Shown: positions 1-9,181, counted from the first letter of the stretch. The stretch is DNA of 64,000 bases from Flavobacteriales bacterium (GCA_049610565.1 JBMYZR010000002.1:38536-102535), one strand, 5' to 3'. Translations and numbers: made by a program. The notes: generated by a model not told the origin, from the sequence alone.

Positions 1-1
1 G

Positions 2-622
2 CCCCTGTCCACCCACGCCGATCACTATGTCACCAACCGGGCTTACGGAACCGGTGCCTACAGCAAGGGCGAAGTGCTGATGAACCAGCTCGCCGCCGTC
101 ATCGGCCGAGAAGCGCGGGATGCCGGCATCAAGCGGTACTTCGACGAGTGGGCCTTCAGCCACCCTGGCCCCGTGGACTTCAAGCGGGTCATGGAGCGCG
201 AAAGCGGCCTGGAGCTCGACACGTACTTCCAGTACATGCTCAACTCCACCCACCACGTGGACGTGGCCATCACCGCTGTCCGCATCACCGAGGACAGCAC
301 CTTCATCGATCTCGAGCGCATCGGCAAGCTGCCCCTCCCGGTCGACCTGCGCATCACCACCGCGGGCGGTCAGGTCATGGACCACCACATCCCGCAGGTG
401 GTGACGCAAGGTCACCGCCCCTTGGCCGAAGGCGAGGCGCTCCTTCCCGCCTGGCCCTGGACGCACCCGACCTACACGGTGGCGTTGGCCGGGTCCATGC
501 CGGGCAGCACCTTCGAAATCGACGCTGAGGGCTGGACAGCCGACGCCGACCGGAAGAACAACACCGTCACATTCGAATCCGGGCTGCTGCAGGAGTGGCG
601 CAGTCCCGCCTTGAACCGCTGA
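2..622 (+). CDS. M1-family metallopeptidase, C-terminal fragment (5' end lies outside the window)
   Basis: The reading frame is open back to position 2; ORF-track entry 74..622 is only the GTG-initiated part. The sequence GAYSKGEVLMNQLAAVIG...IKRYFDEWAFSHPGPVDFKRVME resembles the region after the catalytic domain of M1 peptidases. Confidence 0.6.
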   Translation, partial: PLSTHADHYVTNRAYGTGAYSKGEVLMNQLAAVIGREARDAGIKRYFDEWAFSHPGPVDFKRVMERESGLELDTYFQYMLNSTHHVDVAITAVRITEDSTFIDLERIGKLPLPVDLRITTAGGQVMDHHIPQVVTQGHRPLAEGEALLPAWPWTHPTYTVALAGSMPGSTFEIDAEGWTADADRKNNTVTFESGLLQEWRSPALNR

Positions 623-637
623 TCGCCACGCCACCCC

Positions 638-1198
638 ATGCTGGAGCACAGACTCGACGCCCTCGGAATCAAGTGGTATGCCACGGCATTGGGCATGGCC
701 CTGATGCTGACCCTGCTGGGGCCCATCGTCATCGACCTCGAACAGGGGCTGCCCTTGAGCTTGCAATCGCTGTTGGTCTGCTGGCTGCCCCTGATGTTCG
801 GTTGGCGGGCGGGCGTTGCCGGCGTGCTCGCTTACATCCTCGCAGGGTGCCTGGGGTTGCCGGTTTTTGCCGGGTACCGCGCGGGACTCGACGTCCTGGC
901 CGGCCCGACGGGCGGCTATCTGATGGGCATGCCCGTGGCCGCTCTCGTGCTCGGCACCATGGCCACTTCCTCCCCGATGGAGGACACCGACCGCCAGCGC
1001 TACATCCGCATCGCACTCGGCATGCTGATTGGTCACGTCGTCATCCTCGCGCTCGGCATACCATGGCAACGGAAATATGATCCGTCCCTCGATGTTCTGG
1101 CCCTGCTTGAAACGCTGTACAAACCGGCATTGCTCAAATCGGCCATCGGGCTCCTCCTCTCGGTGATGGTCATGCGGGCCACTGCGGAGAGGGCTTAA
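638..1198 (+). CDS. bioY: Biotin transporter BioY (ECF-type S component)
   Basis: 186-aa polytopic membrane protein with a BioY-like core (LAGPTGGYLMGMP) and typical size. ATG at 638. Confidence 0.7.
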   Translation: MLEHRLDALGIKWYATALGMALMLTLLGPIVIDLEQGLPLSLQSLLVCWLPLMFGWRAGVAGVLAYILAGCLGLPVFAGYRAGLDVLAGPTGGYLMGMPVAALVLGTMATSSPMEDTDRQRYIRIALGMLIGHVVILALGIPWQRKYDPSLDVLALLETLYKPALLKSAIGLLLSVMVMRATAERA

Positions 1199-1207
1199 TT
1201 TGCCCGC

Positions 1208-3139
1208 ATGAACCTGCACACTGCAAGACTGCGGTGGAGTTCCGCCTTGACCGTTGCCCTCCTGCTCGCAGGATGCGCAGGGAACCAGGACGGCTCCTCC
1301 CCCTCCGACTCCAACGATGCCGGCGCCAGCAGCGCCAAGGCCCAACGCGTCCTCGCCATGAACCAAGTCACCGACCACCACAGCTACGCCCGGCCGGCCG
1401 AGGCCAAGATCACCCACCTCAACTGGAATGCCTCCGTGGATTTCGATTCCCGGACCATCCAAGGCGTGGCGACCTACGACATCGAAACCGCTGAGGACGC
1501 CCAGCGCATCGTCTTCGACACACACGACCTGACCATCCACGGCGTCTCGGTCGACGGGCAATCTGTCGAGTTCACCCTTGGGGACGCGCAGCCGTTCATC
1601 GGGAGCGCCCTCACCATCCCTTTGACCCCCGGCGCCAAGCAGGTCGCCATTGACTACACCTCCAGCCCTGGCGCGAACGCGCTCCTCTGGGTCGAGGCCC
1701 AGGGCGACCGCGCGCCCTTCCTGTTCACCCAGAGCCAGGCCATTCTGGCCCGCACGTGGGTGCCCGTTCAGGATTCGCCGGGCGTGCGCTTTTCCTACGA
1801 CGCCACGGTGCAGGTTCCGCAGGGCCTGATGGCCATGATGAGCGCGGAAAACCCAACCGAGATGTCCGCCGACGGGCGGTACACCTTCCGGATGAGCCAG
1901 CCCATTCCCGCCTACTTGCTGGCCCTCGCCGTGGGACAGGTCGAATACCGCTCGGTCGGAGACCGGTGCGCCGTCTATGCTACCCCGGACCTGATCGACA
2001 AGGCGGCGTACGAATTCGCGGAAATGGAGCAGCTCCTCCTCGCCGCGGAAGACCTCTACGGTCCCTATGCGTGGGAACGCTATGACCTGCTCATCCTGCC
2101 TGCGGCCTTCCCGTTCGGCGGCATGGAGAATCCGCGCCTGACGTTTGCCACCCCGACGATCATCGCCGGAGACCGTTCCCTCGTTTCCCTCGTCGCGCAC
2201 GAGCTCGCCCACTCCTGGAGCGGCAACCTCGTGACCAACGCCACGTGGGACGATTTCTGGCTCAACGAAGGCTTCACGGTTTATTTCGAGCAGCGCATCA
2301 TGGAGGCCGTCTACGGACGGGACGTGAGTGAAATGCTCGCCACACTGAGCTACCAGGGACTCGTCGACGAGGTGGACGCCATCAGCGACCTCAACCCGGA
2401 CGACACCCACCTGAAGCTCCACCTGCAGGGCCGTGACCCGGACGACGGCATGACCGCCATCGCCTATGACAAGGGCTACTTCTTCCTGCGCCTCATGGAG
2501 AACACGGTCGGCCGTGAGCGCTTCGATGCGTGGCTGTCCAACTACTTCGAGGAGTACGCCTTCAAGGGCATGGACACCGAGCGCTTCGTGGTCTACCTCA
2601 AGGAAACCCTGCTGGCGGACGAAGCCGACCTGGCCGCCGTCCGCCTCGACGAGTGGATCTACGGACCTGGCCTTCCCGACAACTGCCCCCAGGTCTCGAG
2701 CGCCCGCATCGAGCGCGTGGACGCCACACTCGCCGGTTGGGAAGCCGGCGACATCGCCACGGCAGATCTGCCGTGGAACGAGTGGGTCTATCAGGAGCGC
2801 TACCGGTTCCTCTCCAACCTCGCAGACGACACCACACCGGAGCGCATGGCCGACCTCGACGCCGTCTGGGGCATCGGCAGCACCGGCAACAACGAGGTGC
2901 TGTTCGCCTGGATGGAGCAGGCCATCCGCAGCCGCTACGAACCGACCTACGACCGGCTCGAGGCCTTCCTCATCGAGGTGGGACGCCGCAAGTTCCTGAC
3001 ACCGCTGTACCGCGCGATGAAGGAGACCGACCAAATGGACATGGCCCTGGACATCTACGGCAAGGCCCGACCCGGTTACCACAGCGTGGCCACCGGCACG
3101 ATGGACGCCCTGCTCGATTGGCCGGCCTCCGAGGGCTGA
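1208..3139 (+). CDS. M1-family aminopeptidase (leukotriene A4 hydrolase / cold-active aminopeptidase-like), lipoprotein
   Basis: GGMENP exopeptidase motif and the HELAHSW...(18)...NEGFTVYFE zinc signature. Lipobox-like signal LLLAGCAG. Confidence 0.85.
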   Translation: MNLHTARLRWSSALTVALLLAGCAGNQDGSSPSDSNDAGASSAKAQRVLAMNQVTDHHSYARPAEAKITHLNWNASVDFDSRTIQGVATYDIETAEDAQRIVFDTHDLTIHGVSVDGQSVEFTLGDAQPFIGSALTIPLTPGAKQVAIDYTSSPGANALLWVEAQGDRAPFLFTQSQAILARTWVPVQDSPGVRFSYDATVQVPQGLMAMMSAENPTEMSADGRYTFRMSQPIPAYLLALAVGQVEYRSVGDRCAVYATPDLIDKAAYEFAEMEQLLLAAEDLYGPYAWERYDLLILPAAFPFGGMENPRLTFATPTIIAGDRSLVSLVAHELAHSWSGNLVTNATWDDFWLNEGFTVYFEQRIMEAVYGRDVSEMLATLSYQGLVDEVDAISDLNPDDTHLKLHLQGRDPDDGMTAIAYDKGYFFLRLMENTVGRERFDAWLSNYFEEYAFKGMDTERFVVYLKETLLADEADLAAVRLDEWIYGPGLPDNCPQVSSARIERVDATLAGWEAGDIATADLPWNEWVYQERYRFLSNLADDTTPERMADLDAVWGIGSTGNNEVLFAWMEQAIRSRYEPTYDRLEAFLIEVGRRKFLTPLYRAMKETDQMDMALDIYGKARPGYHSVATGTMDALLDWPASEG

Positions 3140-3159
3140 TTCACCGCCGAGCCAACATG

Positions 3160-3190
3160 AAAAAAGGCCGCCTTTCCGGGCGGCCTTTTT
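3160..3190. terminator. Bidirectional intrinsic terminator between convergent genes
   Basis: A-run, then GGCCGCC (3166-3172), loop TTTCCG, GGCGGCC (3179-3185), then a T-run. It lies between the stop codons at 3139 (+) and 3224 (-). Confidence 0.8.
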
Positions 3191-3223
3191 CGTGGACGGA
3201 CCTCGGTCCGGGCTCCATCGAAT

Positions 3224-6200
3224 TCAGCGGGTCAAGTTGATGAACCCTTTGATTTCCCGCTTCTCGTTGGTGGACTCGGAGTAGAGCACAATGCGGTACG
3301 CGTAGACGCCGTCCAGCGAATAGTACCACGTGGAGGGATCCAACTTGTCGTCGTCGGATTGTCCGACCCAACCCTCATCCACGTCCGTGGTCTGGAAGAC
3401 CTCCTCGCCCCAACGGTTGAACACCGCCATCTCGAAGCGGTCCGGATCGATGTCCGTCCCGTAGACGGCCCAGAGGTCGTTGAAGCCGTCGTTGTTGGGC
3501 GTGAAGGCGTTCGGGATGAACACGTTGAAGAAATCGAAAATCTCGACGTTGCGCGTCACCTGGCTTTCGCACCCGTTGGTGTCCACCACCGCGAGGGTCA
3601 CCGGGTAAATGCCGCCCTGGCCCATCGGGAAGGTGTACGTCGGGTCGGGCTCGAAGCTGACCGCCTCGGGAACCCCGAAAATGAAGGTCCAGTTCCACTC
3701 CACCACGTTGGGGGACACACTGCTTTCGAACTCGATCCGGGTGTCCGGTGCCGTGGTCGGCTGGGGACCGGCATCGAATCCGACGCTGGGCGGCGTGTAG
3801 ATCTGGATGTAGTTGTCGGCAATGGTCGTGTTGACGCACCCCGTGGTCGTGATCACGGACAGGCTGATGTCGTAGACGCCGGGCTCGTCGAAAATGTGGA
3901 CTGGAACGGCCTCGGCACTCTGTCCACCATCTCCGAAGTCCCACGCCTGGGTTTGCACGAAGGCATCCGGGATGGTGTGGGTGAACGGAATCGCTTCGGG
4001 CACACAACCGCGGGTCGTGTCGGCCGTCAGAGAAAGGTCATACGGCTGCTCGACCTCGACCTCCATGCACGCCGTGACCGGCGGGGTCGTGCAGGCCTCG
4101 GACACGGTCACGCAGAACTCACCGGTCAAGGGCGGGACGAAGCCCACTTCGTCCTCGTCGCCGGCGGCAAACGTGACCCCGTCGTAGGCAAAGTCAAAGC
4201 TGTATCCGTTGCCTTCACCGCCGGTCACATTGACCGCCGACAGGAGAACCTCGTCGCCGAGACAAATCAAGTCATCCGCTGTGATGTCAACGGTGAATGC
4301 ATCATAGATGCCCACCGTAACCGAACCGGGTTGGGTGACGCAACCGGCACCGTCCACCCCCTGAACCTCGTAGGTCGTGGTCCCCGTGGGGCTGACGAGG
4401 ATGGAGGCACCTTGGCCGACCGGATCGCCATTGGCCGTCCAGGTAAAGCCGTAGGGTCCACCGCTCTCCGCTTCAGCCGTCAGGACCGCCGTCCCGCCGA
4501 TGCAGATGAGGGCATCCTCACTGACCGTGATGCCGGGTGGTTCGGGATCGGCCAGGTCATATTCGCTGGTGTAGGCGCACCCCGTCTGGTCCGACACCTC
4601 CAAGGTGTAGCTGCCCGCCTCGAGGTTGTCAAAGACCAAAAGGCCTCCTCCGTAGTTCTGCTGGTCAATCACACCGGCAGCCGTGCTCAGCTGTGCATCC
4701 CACGGCCCCTCTGAAGCAGGCTCGGAGATGTTCAGGGTGATGGTGCCATCGGTGATGAGGCAGGTGGGGTCAGTGTAGTCCGTGGTGTACTCGAAGCCGG
4801 GAACGACGAGGACCGTGTCCGTCGTCGCACAGTTTTCGAGGCCAATCGGCTCCACGAAGGCCACGTATTCCGTCGGCGTTCCATCGAAGGAGTTGACCGT
4901 CGGCTGGGCACTGTTGGGGTTGGTCAGGTTGTCAGCCGGCTCCCAATTCCAGGTGAAGCCACAGGCATTCTCTGCCCCACACCCGATGCACCAGCTCACC
5001 TCCTCATAGAAGGTGCTCGCGTCGCAGCTCACGCTGCCATCCGAAGTGAACAGAACCGTCAGGCACCCGTCCGGGTTGGTCGCCATCACGGCGGTCTCGG
5101 GATAGTCTCCCGTCAGGTCGGCCAGCTGTGTGGCGCCGGTGTTGTCGCCATCGAACACCTGGATGTGATCGAAGAAGCCCTCGATCTGCCCATCGTAGAA
5201 CAGGATGGTCATCATCGTGCCGTCCCCGGGGTTGTCCGGACAGTACGTCCACTCGGTGTTCTCGTTGTTGCCGTAGCAGTAGGTCACGGTGCCCTGACTT
5301 CCTGCACAAGGGGAAGGTCCGCCGCCGACGAAGGCACCTTGAAGGTCGACCGGATCCCCACAAAACACCTGATCCGGGCCGGCGGTGATGCTGTTCTCGG
5401 GGCCTTCCACCACCTCGATGGTCAGGGTCGTGTCGAACGTGCAGCTGAAGTTGTTGGTGACCGTGAACGTGTAGTCGTAGAAGCCCGGTTCGTCGAGCAC
5501 GATGTCGCAGTAGTTGGCATCAAAGTCCTGATCGATGATGCCGGGACCGGTCCAATAGGAGCTGTCCGCGTTGAGGCCAATGGTCGGGGTGAACGTGGTC
5601 ACCCCGGGAATCAAGGCCGGGTTCAAGTCCAAACCCCACTCGAAGATGTAGCCGTTGTCGATGGCCAGGTTGTCGATGACCGAGAAGGTCCAGGTTCCGT
5701 TCAACGGACACCCCACGAAGTCGCACAGGTCGCCCTCCGGCGTGTAGATGCCCGGATTGACGATGTTGGCCGTGCCCTCCACGCCTTCGTTGTTGGTGAA
5801 GGTGGTCGAGGTGGAATTGCCGTTGTCGTCGATGTTGGTGTCGAACTCCGGGTTGGGCGACCAACCATAGTCATATCCCACGCCGGCCACATTGGAGCCG
5901 CTGCCGAAGTCCACCGCCTCCCCGAGGAAGGTGCCGCCCCCACCATTGGGGTAGCTCATCAGCGAGACCGTCGTCCCATCCGGACAGCTGATGCTCAGGT
6001 CGAGGTCACCGAGGTAGCTGTGTTCCATGTTGACCGTGACGGCCAGGAGGTCGTCACAATCGTCGAGCGTGGCCCCATCCTCGAAGAAGTCGAAGTTCAA
6101 TTCACTCGTGTAGCTGAAACCGGCACCGTCGGCGAGGTAGGTCTCCCCGGCCACCACCTGGGGCGGAAGGGCCGTCCACGTCACGCTTTGCACGGGGTTG

Positions 6201-7057
6201 CCATCCACGAAGGCCGGACTGCCGGCACACACCGGGGTGCTCTGAACACTGTTGAACAAGGGAATCGTGCTGACCAGCACCTGCAGCGGCTGGAGATTGA
6301 GGGACACACATCCGTTGTCGTCCACCACGGACAGGTTCACGATGTATTCGCCGGGCTCGTCGAAGCTGTGCACCACGTTGGCCGAGGAGGTCAACGTGTC
6401 GATCGTGCCGTCATCGAAATTCCAAATCCAACTCTCCAAGGAGAATCCGGGCTCCGCAATGGACCCGGCATCCCCGAAGGTGACCTCTGCCTCGAGGCAA
6501 ACCCCGATGGACAGGGAGTCCGGGTTCGGGAGCGGAGGGTCCACGATGCTGCTGGCCGACGTAGGCGTCGCGCAGGGCGTGGTGCAGGTGATTTCGGCCT
6601 CCCAACCCGGGGCAAACTCGTTGGCCGGCCCGTTGTCCTGGAATACGAAGGTCAGGCACCCGGTCGGGTTGTTGACCGTGGCGGTCACCGGCAGTCCCTG
6701 AAGGGTGTTGCCCGTGTAGTTGCCCATGGATGGCGACCCCGCATCCGGTCCGTCGTAGATGAACAGGTAGTCGCTGTTGTTCGGGTTGGGGTTGGTCTGG
6801 AGGCCAAACGCCACAAAGCTCACGGACACGGCATCGTCCGGATTGTCCGGGCAAATGGTGTACGTGTAATTCTCGTCCGGGTAGGGATTGCCCGTGCCGT
6901 TGGTCGGGTCATTTCCCGCATCCATGAAGGTGCCACCACAGGTCTCGACAGTCTCATCGCCCATGATGAAAAAGCCCTGGGCGAAGGCATCGGACATGGA
7001 GGCCATGCCGACCACCAGGATCAGGACAGCGCGAATCAGGTTCTGGTTCATGCTCAT
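3224..7057 (-). CDS. Large secreted adhesin-like protein with T9SS type-B C-terminal sorting domain (CUB-like, PKD, P-domain-like, SprB-like repeats)
   Basis: ATG at 7057 gives the signal peptide MSMNQNLIRAVLILVVGMASMSDAFAQ (the ORF-track start 7069 is a TTG). PKD signatures are present (WNFDDGT..., WDFGDGGQS...GVYDISLSV). There is a proprotein-convertase P-domain-like stretch (NMEHSYLGDLDLSISCPDG) and two CUB-like modules (YTICPDNPDD..., TYCPDNPGDG...). The C-terminus FIPNAFTPNNDGFNDLW...FNRWGEEVF is typical of the gliding-motility CTD. Confidence 0.8.
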   Translation of the reverse strand: MSMNQNLIRAVLILVVGMASMSDAFAQGFFIMGDETVETCGGTFMDAGNDPTNGTGNPYPDENYTYTICPDNPDDAVSVSFVAFGLQTNPNPNNSDYLFIYDGPDAGSPSMGNYTGNTLQGLPVTATVNNPTGCLTFVFQDNGPANEFAPGWEAEITCTTPCATPTSASSIVDPPLPNPDSLSIGVCLEAEVTFGDAGSIAEPGFSLESWIWNFDDGTIDTLTSSANVVHSFDEPGEYIVNLSVVDDNGCVSLNLQPLQVLVSTIPLFNSVQSTPVCAGSPAFVDGNPVQSVTWTALPPQVVAGETYLADGAGFSYTSELNFDFFEDGATLDDCDDLLAVTVNMEHSYLGDLDLSISCPDGTTVSLMSYPNGGGGTFLGEAVDFGSGSNVAGVGYDYGWSPNPEFDTNIDDNGNSTSTTFTNNEGVEGTANIVNPGIYTPEGDLCDFVGCPLNGTWTFSVIDNLAIDNGYIFEWGLDLNPALIPGVTTFTPTIGLNADSSYWTGPGIIDQDFDANYCDIVLDEPGFYDYTFTVTNNFSCTFDTTLTIEVVEGPENSITAGPDQVFCGDPVDLQGAFVGGGPSPCAGSQGTVTYCYGNNENTEWTYCPDNPGDGTMMTILFYDGQIEGFFDHIQVFDGDNTGATQLADLTGDYPETAVMATNPDGCLTVLFTSDGSVSCDASTFYEEVSWCIGCGAENACGFTWNWEPADNLTNPNSAQPTVNSFDGTPTEYVAFVEPIGLENCATTDTVLVVPGFEYTTDYTDPTCLITDGTITLNISEPASEGPWDAQLSTAAGVIDQQNYGGGLLVFDNLEAGSYTLEVSDQTGCAYTSEYDLADPEPPGITVSEDALICIGGTAVLTAEAESGGPYGFTWTANGDPVGQGASILVSPTGTTTYEVQGVDGAGCVTQPGSVTVGIYDAFTVDITADDLICLGDEVLLSAVNVTGGEGNGYSFDFAYDGVTFAAGDEDEVGFVPPLTGEFCVTVSEACTTPPVTACMEVEVEQPYDLSLTADTTRGCVPEAIPFTHTIPDAFVQTQAWDFGDGGQSAEAVPVHIFDEPGVYDISLSVITTTGCVNTTIADNYIQIYTPPSVGFDAGPQPTTAPDTRIEFESSVSPNVVEWNWTFIFGVPEAVSFEPDPTYTFPMGQGGIYPVTLAVVDTNGCESQVTRNVEIFDFFNVFIPNAFTPNNDGFNDLWAVYGTDIDPDRFEMAVFNRWGEEVFQTTDVDEGWVGQSDDDKLDPSTWYYSLDGVYAYRIVLYSESTNEKREIKGFINLTR

Positions 7058-7066
7058 GCTAAGCTG

Positions 7067-7074
7067 CAAAGGTG
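7067..7074 (-). promoter_or_regulatory. Imperfect Bacteroidota -7 box (CACCTTTG) 9 nt upstream of the adhesin ATG
   Basis: The minus-strand sequence reads CACCTTTG-CAGCTTAGC-ATG. It matches the TTTG half of TAnnTTTG only. Confidence 0.3.
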
Positions 7075-7150
7075 GAACTTCAGGGGCATTGGAATCGTTG
7101 CATCCTGCATTTTTCCTCCACGCTGTGTGGTGTGATGAATCGCGGTCCCG

Positions 7151-8479
7151 TCACTCGACGACCACCTCATCGGAGAAGTAAGATGGACCGACGTCTCCCT
7201 GAATGACGGCAGTCCACGCAAAGGTCTGGCCGGGTCGGGCGCGATCCTCTCCAGGCAGGGAGCCGTCCCACGCCTTGGGAACGGTCGTCTCGAACACAAT
7301 GTGGCCTGTTCCGTCCTCGATCCTGAAGACGAACGGACGCTCTTCCGTCAGGAGCTTTCTCGGCAGGAAGGTGTCATACCGCCCGTCCCCGTCGGGGCTG
7401 AATCGCGCGGAGCCTCCCAAGCCGAAGCGACCTCCCACTTCCAGAACGTGGTCTGCCACGGACTGGCACCCATTGGGCGAGCTGGCCACCAGCTGGACGC
7501 GGTGCTCGCCGACGCGGGGGAAATTGAAGTCAACAGAACCGCCTTCCAGCGTCCGCTCTCCGTCCATGACCCACAGAACGGAGGCTGCGTCCCGGCTTCG
7601 GTCCCTCAGGGCGACCGTGGGGTCCAGGGAAGCCGTGTTGGGCACATCCCACGTGAAGTCCGCTTCAGGGTTGGGGTGGATCGTCACCAGATTTTCGATG
7701 GTCCGGGTCCGGATGAGGCCGTCGCTGATGCGGGTCACACTCAAGGTGATGTCGTAAGTGCCCGGGGCATTGAATGTGTGATGCGGCTCGGACTCACTGC
7801 TGAATTGTCCATCACCGAAGTTCCACAACACCCGCACGTCCTTCAACAGCCGGGCCATCCGGAATCCGATTTCAGTGCCCACGCACGCCTTGTCGATGTC
7901 CACGCCGAACGCGGCCGCCTTTTCAGCCGGGAGCTCCGCCCAGTCTTCTGGAACCTCAATGGGTTTGGCGGTTGAATGGGGCGGGTTAGAGGATGCCGCG
8001 TCAGTCGATGCGGCACGAGCAGGGGCAGCCCCCTGCCCTTCAATGGTAGCCGAAGCTCCGCTCTCGCTCAAGGGGACATCGGTTGCGCCAGCAGACTCCG
8101 AATCCGCCAGCGCGGAAGCCGCAGCATCACTGGCCGCCGACTCTGCCTCGAAATCCGCAACGTTGTCCGCGTTCATGGTCTCCGGAGAACCGACCTCAAT
8201 CGACACGACCTCCTCGGCTTCGGGCAAAACCTCGGACTCATCCGGGTCCACGAACAGGAAGGCACCGCCGAGCAAGGCAGCCGCAGCCGTCGGGCCGATG
8301 ATCCAGCGCCAGGAGGCCGCGGCTGCACCGCCAGCCGCCCCGCCGGCCATGGCCGTCTGCATCGTGGCCCAAGAGGGCACCACCATGCCTGGCGCCTTCT
8401 CGATCGCCGACTTGACGCCCTGCTCGAAGCTGCCCCCCGCGGCCCGCTTCTTCTCGTCTTCGTTTCGTTCTTCGCTCAC
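7151..8479 (-). CDS. Single-pass membrane protein with PKD domain(s) and T9SS type-B-like CTD; positional candidate anti-sigma factor
   Basis: The GTG at 8479 overlaps the sigma-gene stop (GTGA); ORF-track start 8689 would lie inside the sigma gene, and ATG 8386 is an alternative start. It has a charged N-terminus, a TM helix WRWIIGPTAAAALLGGAFLFV, an Ala/Ser/Glu-rich linker, a PKD signature WNFGDGQFSSESEPHHTFNAPGTYDITLSV, and a C-terminal FSPDGDGRYDTF...AWDG...GQTFAW module. No zinc-finger anti-sigma motif was seen, so the anti-sigma role is inferred from position only. Confidence 0.55.
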   Translation of the reverse strand: MSEERNEDEKKRAAGGSFEQGVKSAIEKAPGMVVPSWATMQTAMAGGAAGGAAAASWRWIIGPTAAAALLGGAFLFVDPDESEVLPEAEEVVSIEVGSPETMNADNVADFEAESAASDAAASALADSESAGATDVPLSESGASATIEGQGAAPARAASTDAASSNPPHSTAKPIEVPEDWAELPAEKAAAFGVDIDKACVGTEIGFRMARLLKDVRVLWNFGDGQFSSESEPHHTFNAPGTYDITLSVTRISDGLIRTRTIENLVTIHPNPEADFTWDVPNTASLDPTVALRDRSRDAASVLWVMDGERTLEGGSVDFNFPRVGEHRVQLVASSPNGCQSVADHVLEVGGRFGLGGSARFSPDGDGRYDTFLPRKLLTEERPFVFRIEDGTGHIVFETTVPKAWDGSLPGEDRARPGQTFAWTAVIQGDVGPSYFSDEVVVE

Positions 8480-9075
8480 TTCTCTTTCAGTTTCCGCCTC
8501 AACACCTCGCGCAGATTGCGCCGGGCCTTGGCGTAATTGGACTTCGACGTCCCCTCGGAAATCTCCAGCCGTGCTGCGATTTCCCGGTGGCCGTAATCCT
8601 CGATGGCGTAGAGGTTGAACACCGCCCGGTACATGGGCGACAGCTCTTCCATCGCATCGAGGACGTCCCGGTAATCGAGACCGGCCCATTCCGGGCCGTC
8701 TCCCACGTCCTCACGTTGCCGTTCGGACAGGACGTCGAGCATCTCCTCGTTCTCCCCCACCCATTGCAGTTGCTTGTTGGCCCTCAGCGCATCGATGGCC
8801 ATGTGGACCATGATCCTGCGGACCCAACCTTCGAAGGACCCCTTGAAGGTGTATCCGCCGATGTTGCCGAACACCTTGATGAACCCATCCTGCAATACGT
8901 CCAGCGCTTCCTGCTCCCCGGAGATGTATCGGCGGATGGCCAGCATCATGTTGGGCGCGAAGGCCTCGTAAATGTGCTGTTGTCCCCGCTGCTCACCGGC
9001 TTGCGCGGACAGGATCCAATCTCTCAATTGGTCCGGCCCGGGTGGCGCTTTCGAGGGGTTGACGAATCGATTCAC
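8476..9075 (-). CDS. RNA polymerase ECF-type sigma-70 family factor
   Basis: About 200 aa with region 2 (DVLQDGFIKVF...WVRRIMVHMAIDALR) and region 4 HTH (YRAVFNLYAIEDYGHREIAARLEISEGTSKSNYAKARRNLR). GTG start at 9075. Confidence 0.8.
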   Translation of the reverse strand: MNRFVNPSKAPPGPDQLRDWILSAQAGEQRGQQHIYEAFAPNMMLAIRRYISGEQEALDVLQDGFIKVFGNIGGYTFKGSFEGWVRRIMVHMAIDALRANKQLQWVGENEEMLDVLSERQREDVGDGPEWAGLDYRDVLDAMEELSPMYRAVFNLYAIEDYGHREIAARLEISEGTSKSNYAKARRNLREVLRRKLKEK

Positions 9076-9181
9076 TTTTGGTTGCCCCGTAAGAAGACAT
9101 CATTCACAAAAATCCCTGTGTGGACATCTGGGCAGCGACAATATCGAAAGAGAAAGGAAGCCCCCTCCCTCCTTCGGGCGT

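Noticed and set aside
5165-7135. A 656-aa plus-strand ORF antisense to the adhesin gene, with several other ORFs of 100-450 aa in the same region.
   Set aside because: Same GC-driven artefact. Its composition is Arg/Gly/Val/His-rich and low in complexity. It runs across the adhesin promoter and start, and no domain was recognised.
7900-8330. A stretch that looks repetitive at DNA level (GCC/GCG/TCC-rich) inside the PKD-CTD membrane protein gene.
   Set aside because: It encodes an Ala/Ser/Glu/Asp-rich low-complexity linker. I could trace no exact tandem repeat unit, and it is neither CRISPR-like nor satellite-like.
8480-8689. Upstream 70 codons of the 512-aa ORF, overlapping the sigma factor gene in another frame.
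   Set aside because: This would require a 214-nt out-of-frame overlap with a well-supported sigma gene. The GTG at 8479 gives the common GTGA junction instead.
8993-9114. An imperfect -7 box GATTTTTG (9107-9114, minus strand) followed after 3 nt by ATGATG, opening a 36-codon ORF that overlaps the sigma start out of frame. It could be a leaderless uORF.
   Set aside because: The box has a mismatch at its first position, and the small ORF has no recognisable features. The box is explained more simply as the sigma gene promoter with a leader of about 25 nt. It is worth a glance only if transcription-start data exist.
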